From assembly GCF_022458985.1 (NCBI RefSeq), contig NC_061776.1, forward strand, positions 8,322,591 to 8,386,590: a stretch of 64,000 nucleotides of DNA, read 5' to 3'. Source of the DNA: Mugil cephalus (taxonomy: Eukaryota). Numbering within the stretch: position 1 is the stretch's first letter; each line of letters opens with the position of its first letter. Positions 53,993 to 64,000 of this stretch are shown piece by piece. A model generated the notes under the pieces. The model saw only the letters and a program-made list of their open reading frames with translations. It ran no database searches and was not told the origin of the DNA. Position numbers and translations under genes: made by a program.

Positions 53993-55046
53993 GTGGGACG
54001 AGGAACAAAGCTCCATCAAATTCTACGATTAAAATGTATTTGCTTATGCTCATTAACATTTCTAGTTTGATATGACCCGCAAATTTAACAACTTTTTATC
54101 AATAGCAATGAGCTACAGCGTCGCTATTTAGCAAGTACTCATTTGAGGATGTTGGGACTTCATTGTCATTTCACAGCAATTTTCAGGTATTAAAATAAAC
54201 AGTTTTATAGTTTGTCACACATTAGAGACTTTATTATAATATAAATAATGAAATGATCCCAGCGTCCACATATAAGAAGATTGTTTTTTCAAAAACTACC
54301 ACTTCCTGTTGAAAGATGATGCTTTGTTTTTATACTTGTTAGGTCCCACTGATTCCAAGTAGTTTGGAAAAATTAAAAATGCAAAGCAAACAAAAGCTCA
54401 CGTTTCAGAAGGTTAAACAAAAGGCCAAATTTTAGAAAAGGTTGGCTGAACTATTTCCTTGTGTTGTAAATACAATTAATGGAAACAGATGAATCATTTA
54501 TGAGATTAATAACTACTTAACATTGACCTGTGTGCGTTATGTAACACGTGCATCCAATCAGTCACTCAAATTTTATTTGTATAGCTTTTTGCAATAACCA
54601 AATGCTACCCAGAGTGCTTTACATCAAAGCCATAAAACAAGACATTACCTGCTTTAAGTTGTGTTTAGTTTCAGTAAACTTTCCTCATTTTATTTATATA
54701 CATTTATTTTTATATTATTTTTGTGTTGTACATTAATAAAATCACACATCTGTTTCCACCTGTGTTTTAATTACATTGTTAAATTATTTACATCTTCTCT
54801 GTGCATATTTTCTTTTTTTCCTCTAAGGGTTTTTTTTATTCATAATTGTTATTTAAATGTCTGTGTATATATGTGTGCCTTTAAGCCGGAGATCTCTGCA
54901 AAATTATGTTATGTTCTCATAGTAACAATAAATGGTAAATGGACTCGCTTTTATATATCGCTTTTCTACCTACTCAAAGGTACACTAAAGGAATCTTGAT
55001 TCTTAAAACAACTGATATTATTATTATTATTATTGTGTGTTAACAG

Positions 55047-55118
55047 ACCAGCCTCTCGTTGCAAAATCCTGAGCTGTCTGCCAGTAGTGACAGCTTAACA
55101 GACAACAAGCCATCCAAG
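55047..55118 (+). CDS. Micro-exon D (acidic)
   Basis: gttaacag|...AAG|GTCAGT, 72 bp, TSLSLQNPELSASSDSLTDNKPSK. Confidence 0.65.
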
Positions 55119-55197
55119 GTCAGTTCACTTTCTTCTCTCTGATGTATATGTGAGTTTTCCTACTTACTCACTAAAGCCTTTTCTGTTTTCTCTTCAG

Positions 55198-55269
55198 GAG
55201 AAATCAGGTATGTTGGGGGGGATACTGAAACGACCTCCAAGACCAGGACCCGTCCGGAGGCCGTCACAG
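55198..55269 (+). CDS. Micro-exon E (basic GML/GIL variant)
   Basis: tctcttcag|...CAG|GTGAAG, 72 bp, EKSGMLGGILKRPPRPGPVRRPSQ. Confidence 0.65.
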
Positions 55270-55360
55270 GTGAAGCTTAGTCCTCCACCACCCACATAAT
55301 GAAATGTCCGAACCGAATACATCCAGTAAAAAGTCTGACAGATGATATTGTGTTCCTCAG

Positions 55361-55417
55361 GATCTACTGGAGGTGTCGGGCGTTAACGAGGGTCCGTCAG
55401 AGAACGGCAACGCGACG
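55361..55417 (+). CDS. Micro-exon F
   Basis: gttcctcag|...ACG|GTGAGT, 57 bp, DLLEVSGVNEGPSENGNAT. Confidence 0.6.
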
Positions 55418-56357
55418 GTGAGTCCCTGCATCAATTCAAGAAAAGTTATTTTTACTCCACACAAAAAAACACACACACACATACATATATATTTATATAT
55501 ACACATATATATGTATATATTATGCATAAATTGTCCATCTGTTTGTCACATGATTTTTTTGGTTATTCTGTACAATAAATAATAATTGTTTCTTATCTGT
55601 TATATATTTGCCCCACACATAAAACCATGTGCGTATCTGTTTGTGGGGGGATTTTGTGGATGAGGAAATCAGGCACAGTAAAAATGTTACATAATTTGGG
55701 AAGAGGAATAAAGAGATGATTAGGAATAGGTACAGGAATGAAGAAGAGGTGTGTCAGCCACTTTAAATATTATTATTATTTAGCAGAGAAGAAGATTAAT
55801 ATTGACAAGGGGTGGAGCCAGATACGTGTGATGTTTCCCTCCGCTCTTCATCAAACATTACCAGTAACTTATGTTACTTATATAAGTATTTTTATTTTTC
55901 TGTCTTTTGTTTCTTTTTCTCTACAGATAATCGTCATGATTATTTTATTATCAACATATTTACATCTTTTCTACTAAGACAAATCTCTACCTGAGCAACG
56001 CTGTGTTCAGATGTTGTTGTCTTACACTGTGTTTTTATTCGATCAGATTATCATTTACACATACGAATGGTAAAATCTCATAAAAGAATACATCACTGAG
56101 GGCTTAGTCAGCGGCCTACACCATGTTGTTGACCCGCAGTGGCTGAGTTGAGCTCTGCTCTCTCAGTTTTTGTTTTTGTGTGTGTGTGTGTGTTTGGACA
56201 AGTGGAAACATGCGTGCATCAGCTGTTTGGAAGAAGGGCTGATGAGAAGGAAATGTGCGAACCGCTATAATCCCTGTCTGTGCATCAGGCAGCTGCAAAA
56301 TACAAAGGACATGTTTAGTATTTTATTTTACTCAATAGTCATTTTTTTAATCTCCAG

Positions 56358-56429
56358 GAGTCAGGAGGGATGTTCAGTGGGATGTTTAAAAAGTCTCCAA
56401 AACCCTCTGGAGCGAGGGCTCAGTCTAAG
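56358..56429 (+). CDS. Micro-exon G (basic)
   Basis: atctccag|...AAG|GTATTT, 72 bp, ESGGMFSGMFKKSPKPSGARAQSK. Confidence 0.7.
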
Positions 56430-56505
56430 GTATTTAACTATCCACACTTTTACATGTGTCTGCATGTAAACCAGCTCATAACAGGCTTCTGTTTCTCCCC
56501 TTCAG

Positions 56506-56574
56506 GAGGATTTGTCTGCACCCAGCAAGCTCTCAGGCAGCAGCGACAGCCTTTCTGAGAACAGCAACACTAAG
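56506..56574 (+). CDS. Micro-exon H (acidic)
   Basis: ctccccttcag|...AAG|GTAAAA, 69 bp, EDLSAPSKLSGSSDSLSENSNTK. Confidence 0.7.
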
Positions 56575-56704
56575 GTAAAAACTGTCATGTCCATCAGTGT
56601 ATAACCAAACATCCACATTTAAAACATCCACATTAATCCTCCACTTCTTTAGAGTTGTTTTCCAAACGTAGTTTTAATTTAATGTGACTCGTTCTCTTCG
56701 GGAG

Positions 56705-56764
56705 TCGGGAGGGAAGTTCAGTGGGATGTTTAAAAAGCTCTCAGGAGCCAAGACACAATCACAG
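56705..56764 (+). CDS. Micro-exon I (basic), with shifted acceptor
   Basis: The ancestral acceptor (tctccag in paralogue G) is mutated to tcttcgg here. An in-frame AG two codons downstream (gggag|TCG) gives SGGKFSGMFKKLSGAKTQSQ, followed by CAG|GTAAGA. Confidence 0.5.
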
Positions 56765-56841
56765 GTAAGAGGTTTATAATCTTTGCACCTTGTTAACATA
56801 TGAGCACGCGAATAATATTAACGAGTGGACAATCGTTTCAG

Positions 56842-56898
56842 GATGATTTGTCTGCATCCGGTGAGCTCTCAGGCAGCAGCGAACAGCTTTCTGAGAAG
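56842..56898 (+). CDS. Micro-exon J (acidic)
   Basis: cgtttcag|...AAG|GTGAGA, 57 bp, DDLSASGELSGSSEQLSEK. Confidence 0.7.
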
Positions 56899-57096
56899 GT
56901 GAGATTTATTTCAGAATCAGGAAAGACTTTATTGCCAAGTATATTTGTACATACAGTGAATTTGTCTTGGCGCTGGTTGCATAAAAAATATGAAGAAAGA
57001 TGAGATAAAATAAAATAATATATATCGTAAACAGGACAAAATAAATCTTTAATGAGGAAATCGTCATGAATGCTGATTCCATATTATTTTCTCAGG

Positions 57097-57156
57097 AGAA
57101 AGGAGGAATGTTTGGTGGTATGTTCAAAAAGAAAGTTGCCAAATCTCAGTCTCAGG
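57097..57156 (+). CDS. Micro-exon K (basic)
   Basis: ttttctcag|...CAG|GTAAGA, 60 bp, EKGGMFGGMFKKKVAKSQSQ. Confidence 0.7.
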
Positions 57157-58240
57157 TAAGATGCTTGTGGTCGTCAATCGTCAGTGGCTGTGTTTCCAAA
57201 ATAAAAGCCTTATTTATGAAATTTCAAGCACAATTGCACTTTGTTTTTAGTTTTTTTTTTTTTTTTAATTCCCTTAAACAGTTTGTAGGTTTTCAGTCTT
57301 GCTCTGGGTCATGATATTTATTTTAGGTAGGTTTTTAATCCCAGTGGGTCTCCAATATTCCATGGATGAATCCGCCGTAGCATCATTCGCTGAGTTTCCA
57401 TTACAGTTTTTCCACAAAATAAAAGCAACGTTTATGAAATTTTGATGAGGTACAATTGCGAATGAGGTGTAACTCTGGTAAAGTTTCACCGGATCCCATA
57501 ATTCTCTTAAATTCTCGTCACTTTGAGAAAGATGAACTATAAATGAAGTGGTCACATGACCCCCTGCGCCATCTCCGATGATGTGTTTCCACTGCACTTT
57601 TATGATAAACTTTATGATAAACAGACATAATGATGTTTTTTTTTAAAAAATGTTCTATTTAAGTGTCACAGGATATTTTCAAGGCAACTTAGATCTACAG
57701 GTCTCCATCTCAGGGACACTATGAATACCCTCTGAAAGAAACGTTGCTTATTGACGTCAACAGTGAATAATGTGCTGATAAATATAACCTCTGTGTGCAA
57801 AGTAGCACCTGCTTCATGTTCACTGAGGAACAGGGAAGGTGGTTAAGGTTCCTCTTCGTTCTGGCATTGTGAGATAATTGCAGTATTTCCCTTTATACTT
57901 CGTTATTTCCACGAACTGCCTCCTCAGTTGGCATTTTGAAGTGACACTGAGCAGAAAGAAGAAGTATATTGATATGATGTTAATGCAGATATACAATAAA
58001 ACACACACAACAACAAAAAAAAAGTGGCTTCACTCTTCAGAATCAGATGGGGTTTAAAATACTTTGTTCCGGTTTCCAGATACAGTAGATAGTAGTTTTT
58101 TGTTTTTTTTTTCTTGTATCCCCACACTGGTCTGGTGCTGGGTTTATTTGTGATGGTGATTAGCTGATTTCAAAATAAAACACTTGAGTCTTTTCTTATC
58201 GTAGTTGGTTCTGACTCTGTGCTGTTTTCCTGTGTGTTAG

Positions 58241-58306
58241 GATGATTTGTCCGTGGACAGTGAACTCTCATCCAGCAGCGACAATCTGACAGAAAAGTCT
58301 TCAAAG
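58241..58306 (+). CDS. Micro-exon L (acidic)
   Basis: gtgtgttag|...AAG|GTGAGT, 66 bp, DDLSVDSELSSSSDNLTEKSSK. Confidence 0.7.
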
Positions 58307-58405
58307 GTGAGTTGTAATCCCGCCTCTTGTCTTTACTGTCATCACATCAGCACATCAGTTATTCCTAAATTGAAAATCTAACCTTTACCCTTGTTGTATT
58401 CTCAG

Positions 58406-58456
58406 GGTGGAGTGACAGCGAAGATCCTGAAGAATCCTTTCACCTCCTCGTCTCAG
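58406..58456 (+). CDS. Micro-exon M (NPF)
   Basis: tattctcag|...CAG|GTTATT, 51 bp, GGVTAKILKNPFTSSSQ. Confidence 0.6.
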
Positions 58457-58741
58457 GTTATTTTTCTTTATCAGTGAACGCTGCGTCATATCACATACTC
58501 TAATTATGTTATAGCTCCTGTTTATAATCACATTTAAGGCTCAAATCCATCTGTATAAATTATGTTAATTAGGGGCGGGTATTGGCAAAGACTGTATCAC
58601 GATACTTGAGTCACGATACGATACGTTATTGCGATATATTGACATATTGGCATTATATTGTTAAGTTGCATTTCGTTGCTCTCTACCTGTACCTGTGTAA
58701 TGACAATAAAGTTTAAACTAATCTAATTTTTATTCTATCAG

Positions 58742-58807
58742 GAGAAGGGAAAGACTGAAGACACAAATGAGAATAGCTCCTCAGCAGAGAAGCCCAAATC
58801 CAAACAG
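58742..58807 (+). CDS. Micro-exon N
   Basis: ttattctatcag|...CAG|GTTGGT, 66 bp, EKGKTEDTNENSSSAEKPKSKQ. Confidence 0.6.
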
Positions 58808-58927
58808 GTTGGTCGTCCCACCAAAGTTACTAAAATCCGGTTGTTTAAAAAAATAAATAAATAAAAACATGTTCAAACATATTAGCTGTCTGGAAATAGC
58901 ATCTGAAACAAAACAATTTTTTTTCAG

Positions 58928-58975
58928 AACGGTTTCAGTGCAGTGATGAAGAGCACGTTCTACCCTGACAAACAG
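58928..58975 (+). CDS. Micro-exon O
   Basis: ttttttttcag|...CAG|GTAATT, 48 bp, NGFSAVMKSTFYPDKQ. Confidence 0.6.
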
Positions 58976-59077
58976 GTAATTACAGGTTGTTATTTCTCAT
59001 CGCCCTATGAAAAGGAGAAACGTCAAGTACACAAATATATGTTATTTGTTTTTCACTAAAATGAGTTTGTTTTGCAG

Positions 59078-59149
59078 GAGAAAAGCTCCAACACCGATGA
59101 CAATGAGGAGCCATCAGACAACGGAGACAGTCAGGCCAATCACAAACAG
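59078..59149 (+). CDS. Micro-exon P (acidic)
   Basis: gttttgcag|...CAG|GTTTGT, 72 bp, EKSSNTDDNEEPSDNGDSQANHKQ. Confidence 0.65.
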
Positions 59150-59228
59150 GTTTGTAACGTGTTTTATTGTGTGTTTTCACATCGTTATGATTTCTGATTG
59201 TCTTCTTCTTCTTTTGTCACATAATCAG

Positions 59229-59282
59229 AGTAAACTGGCCGGAGCGATGACGAAGCTGAATCCATTTAGAGCCGCAAACAAA
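59229..59282 (+). CDS. Micro-exon Q (KLNPFR class)
   Basis: ataatcag|...AAA|GTAAGG, 54 bp, SKLAGAMTKLNPFRAANK. Confidence 0.7.
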
Positions 59283-59379
59283 GTAAGGAATGCTTTAAGA
59301 AAGGATAAATATTAAACAATATATATATAAATTAATTCAATCCGTCTGTCTCATAATGATTTCCATCTCCTCTGCTCAG

Positions 59380-59451
59380 TATGAGAAACAGGGCGACTCA
59401 GATGACGAGGATCCACCTGTGAGCAGCGAGAAGTCTTCAGGTCACAAACAG
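59380..59451 (+). CDS. Micro-exon R (acidic)
   Basis: ctctgctcag|...CAG|GTGCTT, 72 bp, YEKQGDSDDEDPPVSSEKSSGHKQ. Confidence 0.65.
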
Positions 59452-61029
59452 GTGCTTTTATATTCACTTCCTCTTTTTTTTCCACTGCGTTTGACGTAAA
59501 TCATTTCACATTTAACTGGTTATTTTTATTCTTTTTTTTTTTTTTTTTAACCGCATGTTCACCAGCTGCCTGCATGTTTTTGTTCACGTTGGGTAGAAAC
59601 CAACAGCAAATCGCCACGACCAGAATAAACAGTTATATGCGATTAATCAAGGCGGTCAGTGATGGTGCGTTCAATGTGTACTCAGTAGTCGGAATTTCAG
59701 AGTTCCGAGTTGGAATTTTCAACTGGAACGTCGTAGAATCCTCACTACCTCCCCTATAGATATATGACTACCCCCAAGTTGAGTTTCCAAGATGGCCGCC
59801 CGGTGTGAACACAATAATTAGAAGCTCGTGTAATATTACATTATTATCACTTCTGATTAGTTTTGCTGCATTAAATCAGTCGTACAGACGGTATTTTTCC
59901 ACACACGCACGCTGAAATGCTGTTAGAGCGTATGTTTTTTAATGTGTTACATGGGAACTACAAAGCAATGTTGTGCTAACAACGGCTTAAAACAACAGAC
60001 TGGTAAAACCAAAACATCGCAAAACACCATTGTGACAAACTGAAATTAAATTAAACAATCAAAACTTCTTTTATTTTCTTTTTTTTTAACTGAAATAAAG
60101 AAAAAAAAATACATCCAAAATGGGTTAACAGCATCTGACATTGTCAAATTAAGTAAATTGAATAATATGAGGAGAGACGGAGGATATATGAGAATATACA
60201 CAACACTCAGAGTAGTCAAGTGCAAACTAAAGATAAGAAACACAACCCAATGAATAAAATCAGAGAGATCTACAGAAATACATATTATAACATGACACTT
60301 ATATCAGAATCCACATTTAAGTCTTTAAGGTGTAGAGAGTCTAATGTGAGCATTAAAATGACCGGGAGCTGGATAATTAGGATCAGCACGTCTGATGGAA
60401 CCCACCGTGGGTAGAAAAAGGAGAGTTCTTCCCAGGCCATGTCTGTTAACTTGTCCTGCCTGGTCTTGTTGAGATATATATTGATGTAACCTCGTGAGAA
60501 ACAGCAGAATTTCAAATATGTGTAATCAGCTTCTGGCGCTGACTTGTTAGAAAGAGGTCAAAATCCAAATCTACACTCAATTACTGAAGGAGGAAATCTT
60601 GACAGAGAAAGAAATGGTAAAATGCTTGGAAAATAATTCAGAATTAGAAAACCTTCCAATGTGAATCATGTCAAACTGAGCTGTCTTAGGAGATGTGTCC
60701 AAATATCAGATGGAATCCAATGAACCTGAGATATTTGACTAATTGTTATTAGTTCAATGTCATTTCATGTATATACGTGTATATATCAAAGAAAAATCTG
60801 ATGTAAATGAAATTATGTGTGTAAATTCATATGAATGCCAATAAATATTTGGTTTAAAAAAAAATACAAAACAGCATACATAGAAAAGAGTAGATTGTAT
60901 AAAAGATAAATAAGGAAATTATTATTATGAAAGTATTGGCACATATACAACAAATATTGAATTGCACAGATAATTAAACAGTCTTATGGTGAAATTTTCA
61001 TGATATCAGCAGTGGCTGATCAGGAGTGG

Positions 61030-61460
61030 TTAATTACATGCTCCCTGTGAATACCGAACTGATGGAGAGATTAAGTAGGGACCCCCTATCTACTATATGT
61101 GTTCTATATTAAACTCGACCTACTGCTATTTATCAATATACATTATTATTATAATCATCATTTTTCATTCAATATTAAGCTGTTCAAATAATACACAGGT
61201 TCAAATATTATTTTTTTTTTTTAAATTTCAAACATGGGAGACTGAACACGATCAAATATGCAGACTCGTGATTGGCTCAGCAGTGATAAGGGCGGGGCCT
61301 ACTGTGTACAGGAGGACCCGCCTCCATTTATCCCTTTATTAAAATATGTTGGATTCATGTTGAAGTGTATTTAAAGAATTTTGAATTTGTGTAGGAAAAT
61401 AAAAAAAAAAATATATATATAAAAACTGTCTAATCAACCAAAGATTTTACAACCCCCCCT
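61030..61460. repeat. Repeat family C copy (with about 150-bp internal insertion) in the micro-exon gene intron
   Basis: ..ctgatggagagattaagtag..ctatttat.aatatacattattattat..ttactaaaatatgttggattcatgtt..caaccaaagattttac.accccccc is collinear with 7860-8165. Confidence 0.8.
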
Positions 61461-61505
61461 CCCCGCATGTTTTAAATCTTCCTTCCGATGTGTCCTCCCT
61501 CTCAG

Positions 61506-61559
61506 AACGCCATGGCCGGAGCCATGTCCAAACTCAATCCATTCCGCTCTGCAAACAAA
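61506..61559 (+). CDS. Micro-exon S (KLNPFR class, paralogue of Q)
   Basis: ctccctctcag|...AAA|GTAAAT, 54 bp, NAMAGAMSKLNPFRSANK. Confidence 0.7.
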
Positions 61560-61763
61560 GTAAATACACTGTTAAGACTGTTTGGTGGTGGAGGTTGTGG
61601 TGAAGCCAGACAGTCAGTGGTGATGGGAGCATGAGACTGGTGACGGTGGGTGGTGGGTGGTGGGTGGTGACGTTCGATTTCTGCAAAAACTTTATGTCTT
61701 TATGTTAAAAAGCATTTGCTGCACAGGTTATCTACTTAACTTTATGTATTGTCACTTGTCCAG

Positions 61764-61829
61764 AAAGACACTGACGACACCGAGACACTCAAGGAGAATG
61801 AGAAAAAAGTGGAAGAGAAGCCAAAACCG
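61764..61829 (+). CDS. Micro-exon T
   Basis: cttgtccag|...CCG|GTCAGT, 66 bp, KDTDDTETLKENEKKVEEKPKP. Confidence 0.6.
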
Positions 61830-62045
61830 GTCAGTCTATTTATTGCATCACTCATGAGTCATCAGTGACCGCACACATATACACACACACACACACACAC
61901 ATAAACACACAAACAGCTGATCAACTTCTGTCAAAAATACCCCTCTCCTCTCACGCTCCTCCTCTTCCTCAACTCCACCACATCCTCCTCCTTTTGTGCC
62001 TGCTTCTTCTAAAAACCTCCCCGTCCTCCCGCTCCGGCGCACTGA

Positions 62046-62096
62046 CTGTCTCCGTGTGTGTCTCCGTGTGTGTCTCCGTGGGTGTCTCCGTGTGTG
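62046..62096. repeat. 12-bp tandem repeat (tctccgtgtgtg)x4, with adjacent (CA)n at 61876-61905
   Basis: Direct repeats sit immediately 5' of the micro-exon U acceptor. Confidence 0.85.
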
Positions 62097-62108
62097 TGTC
62101 CTCGTCAG

Positions 62109-62177
62109 GTCAAAAGTAACATGAGCCAGCCGGAAAGGAAGGAAACGCCACCGGTTCCACGCAGACCGACCCAAGAG
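62109..62177 (+). CDS. Micro-exon U (Pro-rich)
   Basis: tcctcgtcag|...GAG|GTTCGC, 69 bp, VKSNMSQPERKETPPVPRRPTQE. Confidence 0.6.
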
Positions 62178-62261
62178 GTTCGCCAGCAGCAAACACGAAT
62201 AACTAACTAACTAACTGCTCAGTGACGTGTGGTCTGATTGTGTTTGCTTGTTATATCGCAG

Positions 62262-62321
62262 GAGATGAAGGGGACGGCCACGTACGACAAAGTCAGATCA
62301 AGGAGAACCGAGGACAGTAAG
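62262..62321 (+). CDS. Micro-exon V
   Basis: ttatatcgcag|...AAG|GTACAG, 60 bp, EMKGTATYDKVRSRRTEDSK. Confidence 0.6.
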
Positions 62322-62473
62322 GTACAGTTGTCAGATTTCTGTCGGTGTATCCCTGCTGTCCAGTTTCATTTTTAATGAAAGAGGCTTGTTTCTGAGATTA
62401 AATCTGATACACGTTGAAAAGAATCACATGATTTAGGGTTTTGTAACTACTATTTATATTCTGTCCCGTGCAG

Positions 62474-62536
62474 GATGTCGCCCCCAAAGAGAAGAAAGAG
62501 AAACCAACAGCAGTTCCCGTGGTTTCCTTGGAGGAG
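62474..62536 (+). CDS. Micro-exon W
   Basis: ctgtcccgtgcag|...GAG|GTGAGC, 63 bp, DVAPKEKKEKPTAVPVVSLEE. Confidence 0.65.
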
Positions 62537-62627
62537 GTGAGCCGCCTGTGTTCAGGGTCCGGTTGTGACAGTTAAGATGTGTTTTGAGCCTTTCGTGGTT
62601 TAGGAAACTGATGTGGTTTGGTTTCAG

Positions 62628-62684
62628 GACATGAACAAAACTACAAGACATGATGTGAAAAAGCAGAAGAACAACAACCACCAG
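62628..62684 (+). CDS. Micro-exon X
   Basis: ggtttcag|...CAG|GTATTG, 57 bp, DMNKTTRHDVKKQKNNNHQ. Confidence 0.6.
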
Positions 62685-62949
62685 GTATTGACACATTTCC
62701 TTATATCAAGGACAAATATTAGAGTTTGATTATCAGCCCTCTGCAATGATGAAAGAAGTTTCTTTCTGACTGTGGTTATAATTATTATTCTTATTACAGT
62801 TAGAACTGCTCCTCCAGTAAAAGTGTGTTTAACTTGTTACTTTTTTTTGGATGCTTTAATTCCGTGTATAAACTAGCGCTGTCCAACATGAACCTTAATC
62901 AGATGTGATGAGGGAAGGTGAAGCATCATCTCTGTGTTTACGCCTTTAG

Positions 62950-63800
62950 TCTGAGGGTACGCACTGACGTCACTGCCACCTGAGGCCACGCCCCCTGTGT
63001 GGCATAAACATGGTGAAATTTATCGGTAAATACAGCGAGACCAGGAAAAATGTGGATTATCAAATCAAATTAAGGACAATTTAACTCAACAATGATCCAT
63101 ATGAACTACTATGGATTTGGAAAATTGGATTAGCCTCATTTTCCGTTAGTTTCGGTTAGTTTTAGGTCATTTCAGTTATGATAAATGTAGCTAAATAAAA
63201 GATGCTAACGCTAGCGGAGATTTACTGAGAAGTAACATTAGCCACACAAGTTAATGTAGCGTCTGACTGGACGTTAAAAGGACGACGAGGAGTGATCGCA
63301 AATATTCAGTTTATTGTTTCATTGTTATTTATCGTTGCAACTAAAATAGTTACTGTCGGCCGTAACTACACCAAAACAACAACAACCACAAACTTAACTG
63401 ACAGCCCTGTCGAACGGAACTTAAGAAGTAACTTAAGTATGACTTCATCAAAACAACACAGCATAAATTAATATTACCCGACACTAAATGTGAACCACAA
63501 CACCAGGTTTTGGTGCTTAGATTCCGGTTGTTTCTTCGTAATGCAGCGATCCATTCACTTCTCTTTTATTTGTCAGTCGGAGATTTCAGTAAAAATATAT
63601 CTCTGACTGCTTTTCAAATCTCTTGGTGCAGTCAATCGTTCAACAGCTCTTCTTCTTTATTTATTTCTTTTAATTAATTTTACAATTTAGACACTATTAA
63701 AGCCTATGATTTTATTAATCTCCACGATAAACCGTCACTTTTTATCGCTCGGTGCCGTAACCATGGAGACTTCGCGGACTGTGACGTCACGTACATACTC
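62950..63800. repeat. Repeat family B, copy 4 (longest, about 850 bp)
   Basis: Same orientation as, and collinear with, 22757-23420. It starts gtcactgccacctgaggccacgccccctgtgtggcataaacatggtgaaatttatcgg and ends near ..accatggagacttcgcggactgtgacgtcacg. Confidence 0.85.
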
Positions 63801-63873
63801 TCTATAAGAGCTACTCTGATTTCAAACAGTTTCCAGTAGAAATAAATAATGATTGAATTTGCTGCGATTCCAG

Positions 63874-63939
63874 TCAGATGATGAAGGACTCAAGGAAGAT
63901 GAATCTGCCGATGAGACGAACCCTCTAGAGAACAAAACA
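63874..63939 (+). CDS. Micro-exon Y
   Basis: gcgattccag|...ACA|GTAAGT, 66 bp, SDDEGLKEDESADETNPLENKT. The gene continues beyond the window end. Confidence 0.6.
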
Positions 63940-64000
63940 GTAAGTTTTTTTAAGGATTCATTATTAACTCTGAGGTTTAGTTTGAGCTGCAGAAGCTGTT

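Noticed and set aside
1-64000. Search for CRISPR arrays, operons, rRNA/tRNA genes or a prokaryotic defence system
   Set aside because: The sequence is clearly eukaryotic (spliced multi-exon genes, microsatellites, Tc1-type MITEs). No tRNA-like cloverleaf candidates or rRNA segments were recognised.

Overview
This window is vertebrate nuclear DNA, most likely teleost fish, with introns, GT-AG splicing, microsatellites and Tc1-type transposon debris; no prokaryotic or CRISPR features were found. There are three gene units. (1) On the minus strand at about 6.9-13.7 kb is a ZNRF-family RING-H2 E3 ligase gene, closest to ZNRF2. Its first exon carries an N-myristoylation-type MGxxxS start and a 13-residue His tract. 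It has a UBZ-like zinc-finger exon (CPFCSK..H..C), a RING-H2 exon, and a last exon ending ...CCPEHPFD*. (2) On the plus strand at 14.95-49.56 kb is an essentially complete tep1 orthologue (telomerase/vault-associated protein 1). I resolved 55 coding exons by AG/GT boundaries and an unbroken phase chain, giving about 2619 codons. The domain order is an N-terminal degenerate repeat region, then TROVE, then a NACHT-associated region, then NACHT with P-loop GGPGEGKT, then a long WD40 array. tep1 and the znrf2-like gene are head-to-head and share a CpG-rich intergenic region carrying CCAAT and ETS (CCGGAAGT) boxes. (3) On the plus strand from about 51.4 kb to the window end is an uncharacterised gene built from at least 25 tiny symmetric phase-0 exons of 48-72 bp. 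They encode a lysine/serine/glutamate-rich low-complexity protein with three recurring exon classes: a basic GGMF-GGMFKK class, an acidic DDLS..SELSSSSDxLTE class, and a KLNPFR(A/S)ANK class with NPF motifs. I consider this the most interesting object in the window. Introns and flanks carry at least three dispersed repeat families, including Tc1-derived MITE-like elements with intact TIRs. They also carry three minisatellites, a degenerate 460-bp tandem duplication downstream of znrf2, and an extremely microsatellite-dense 2.4-4.8 kb tract. Coordinates were derived by hand and may be off by a few bases.
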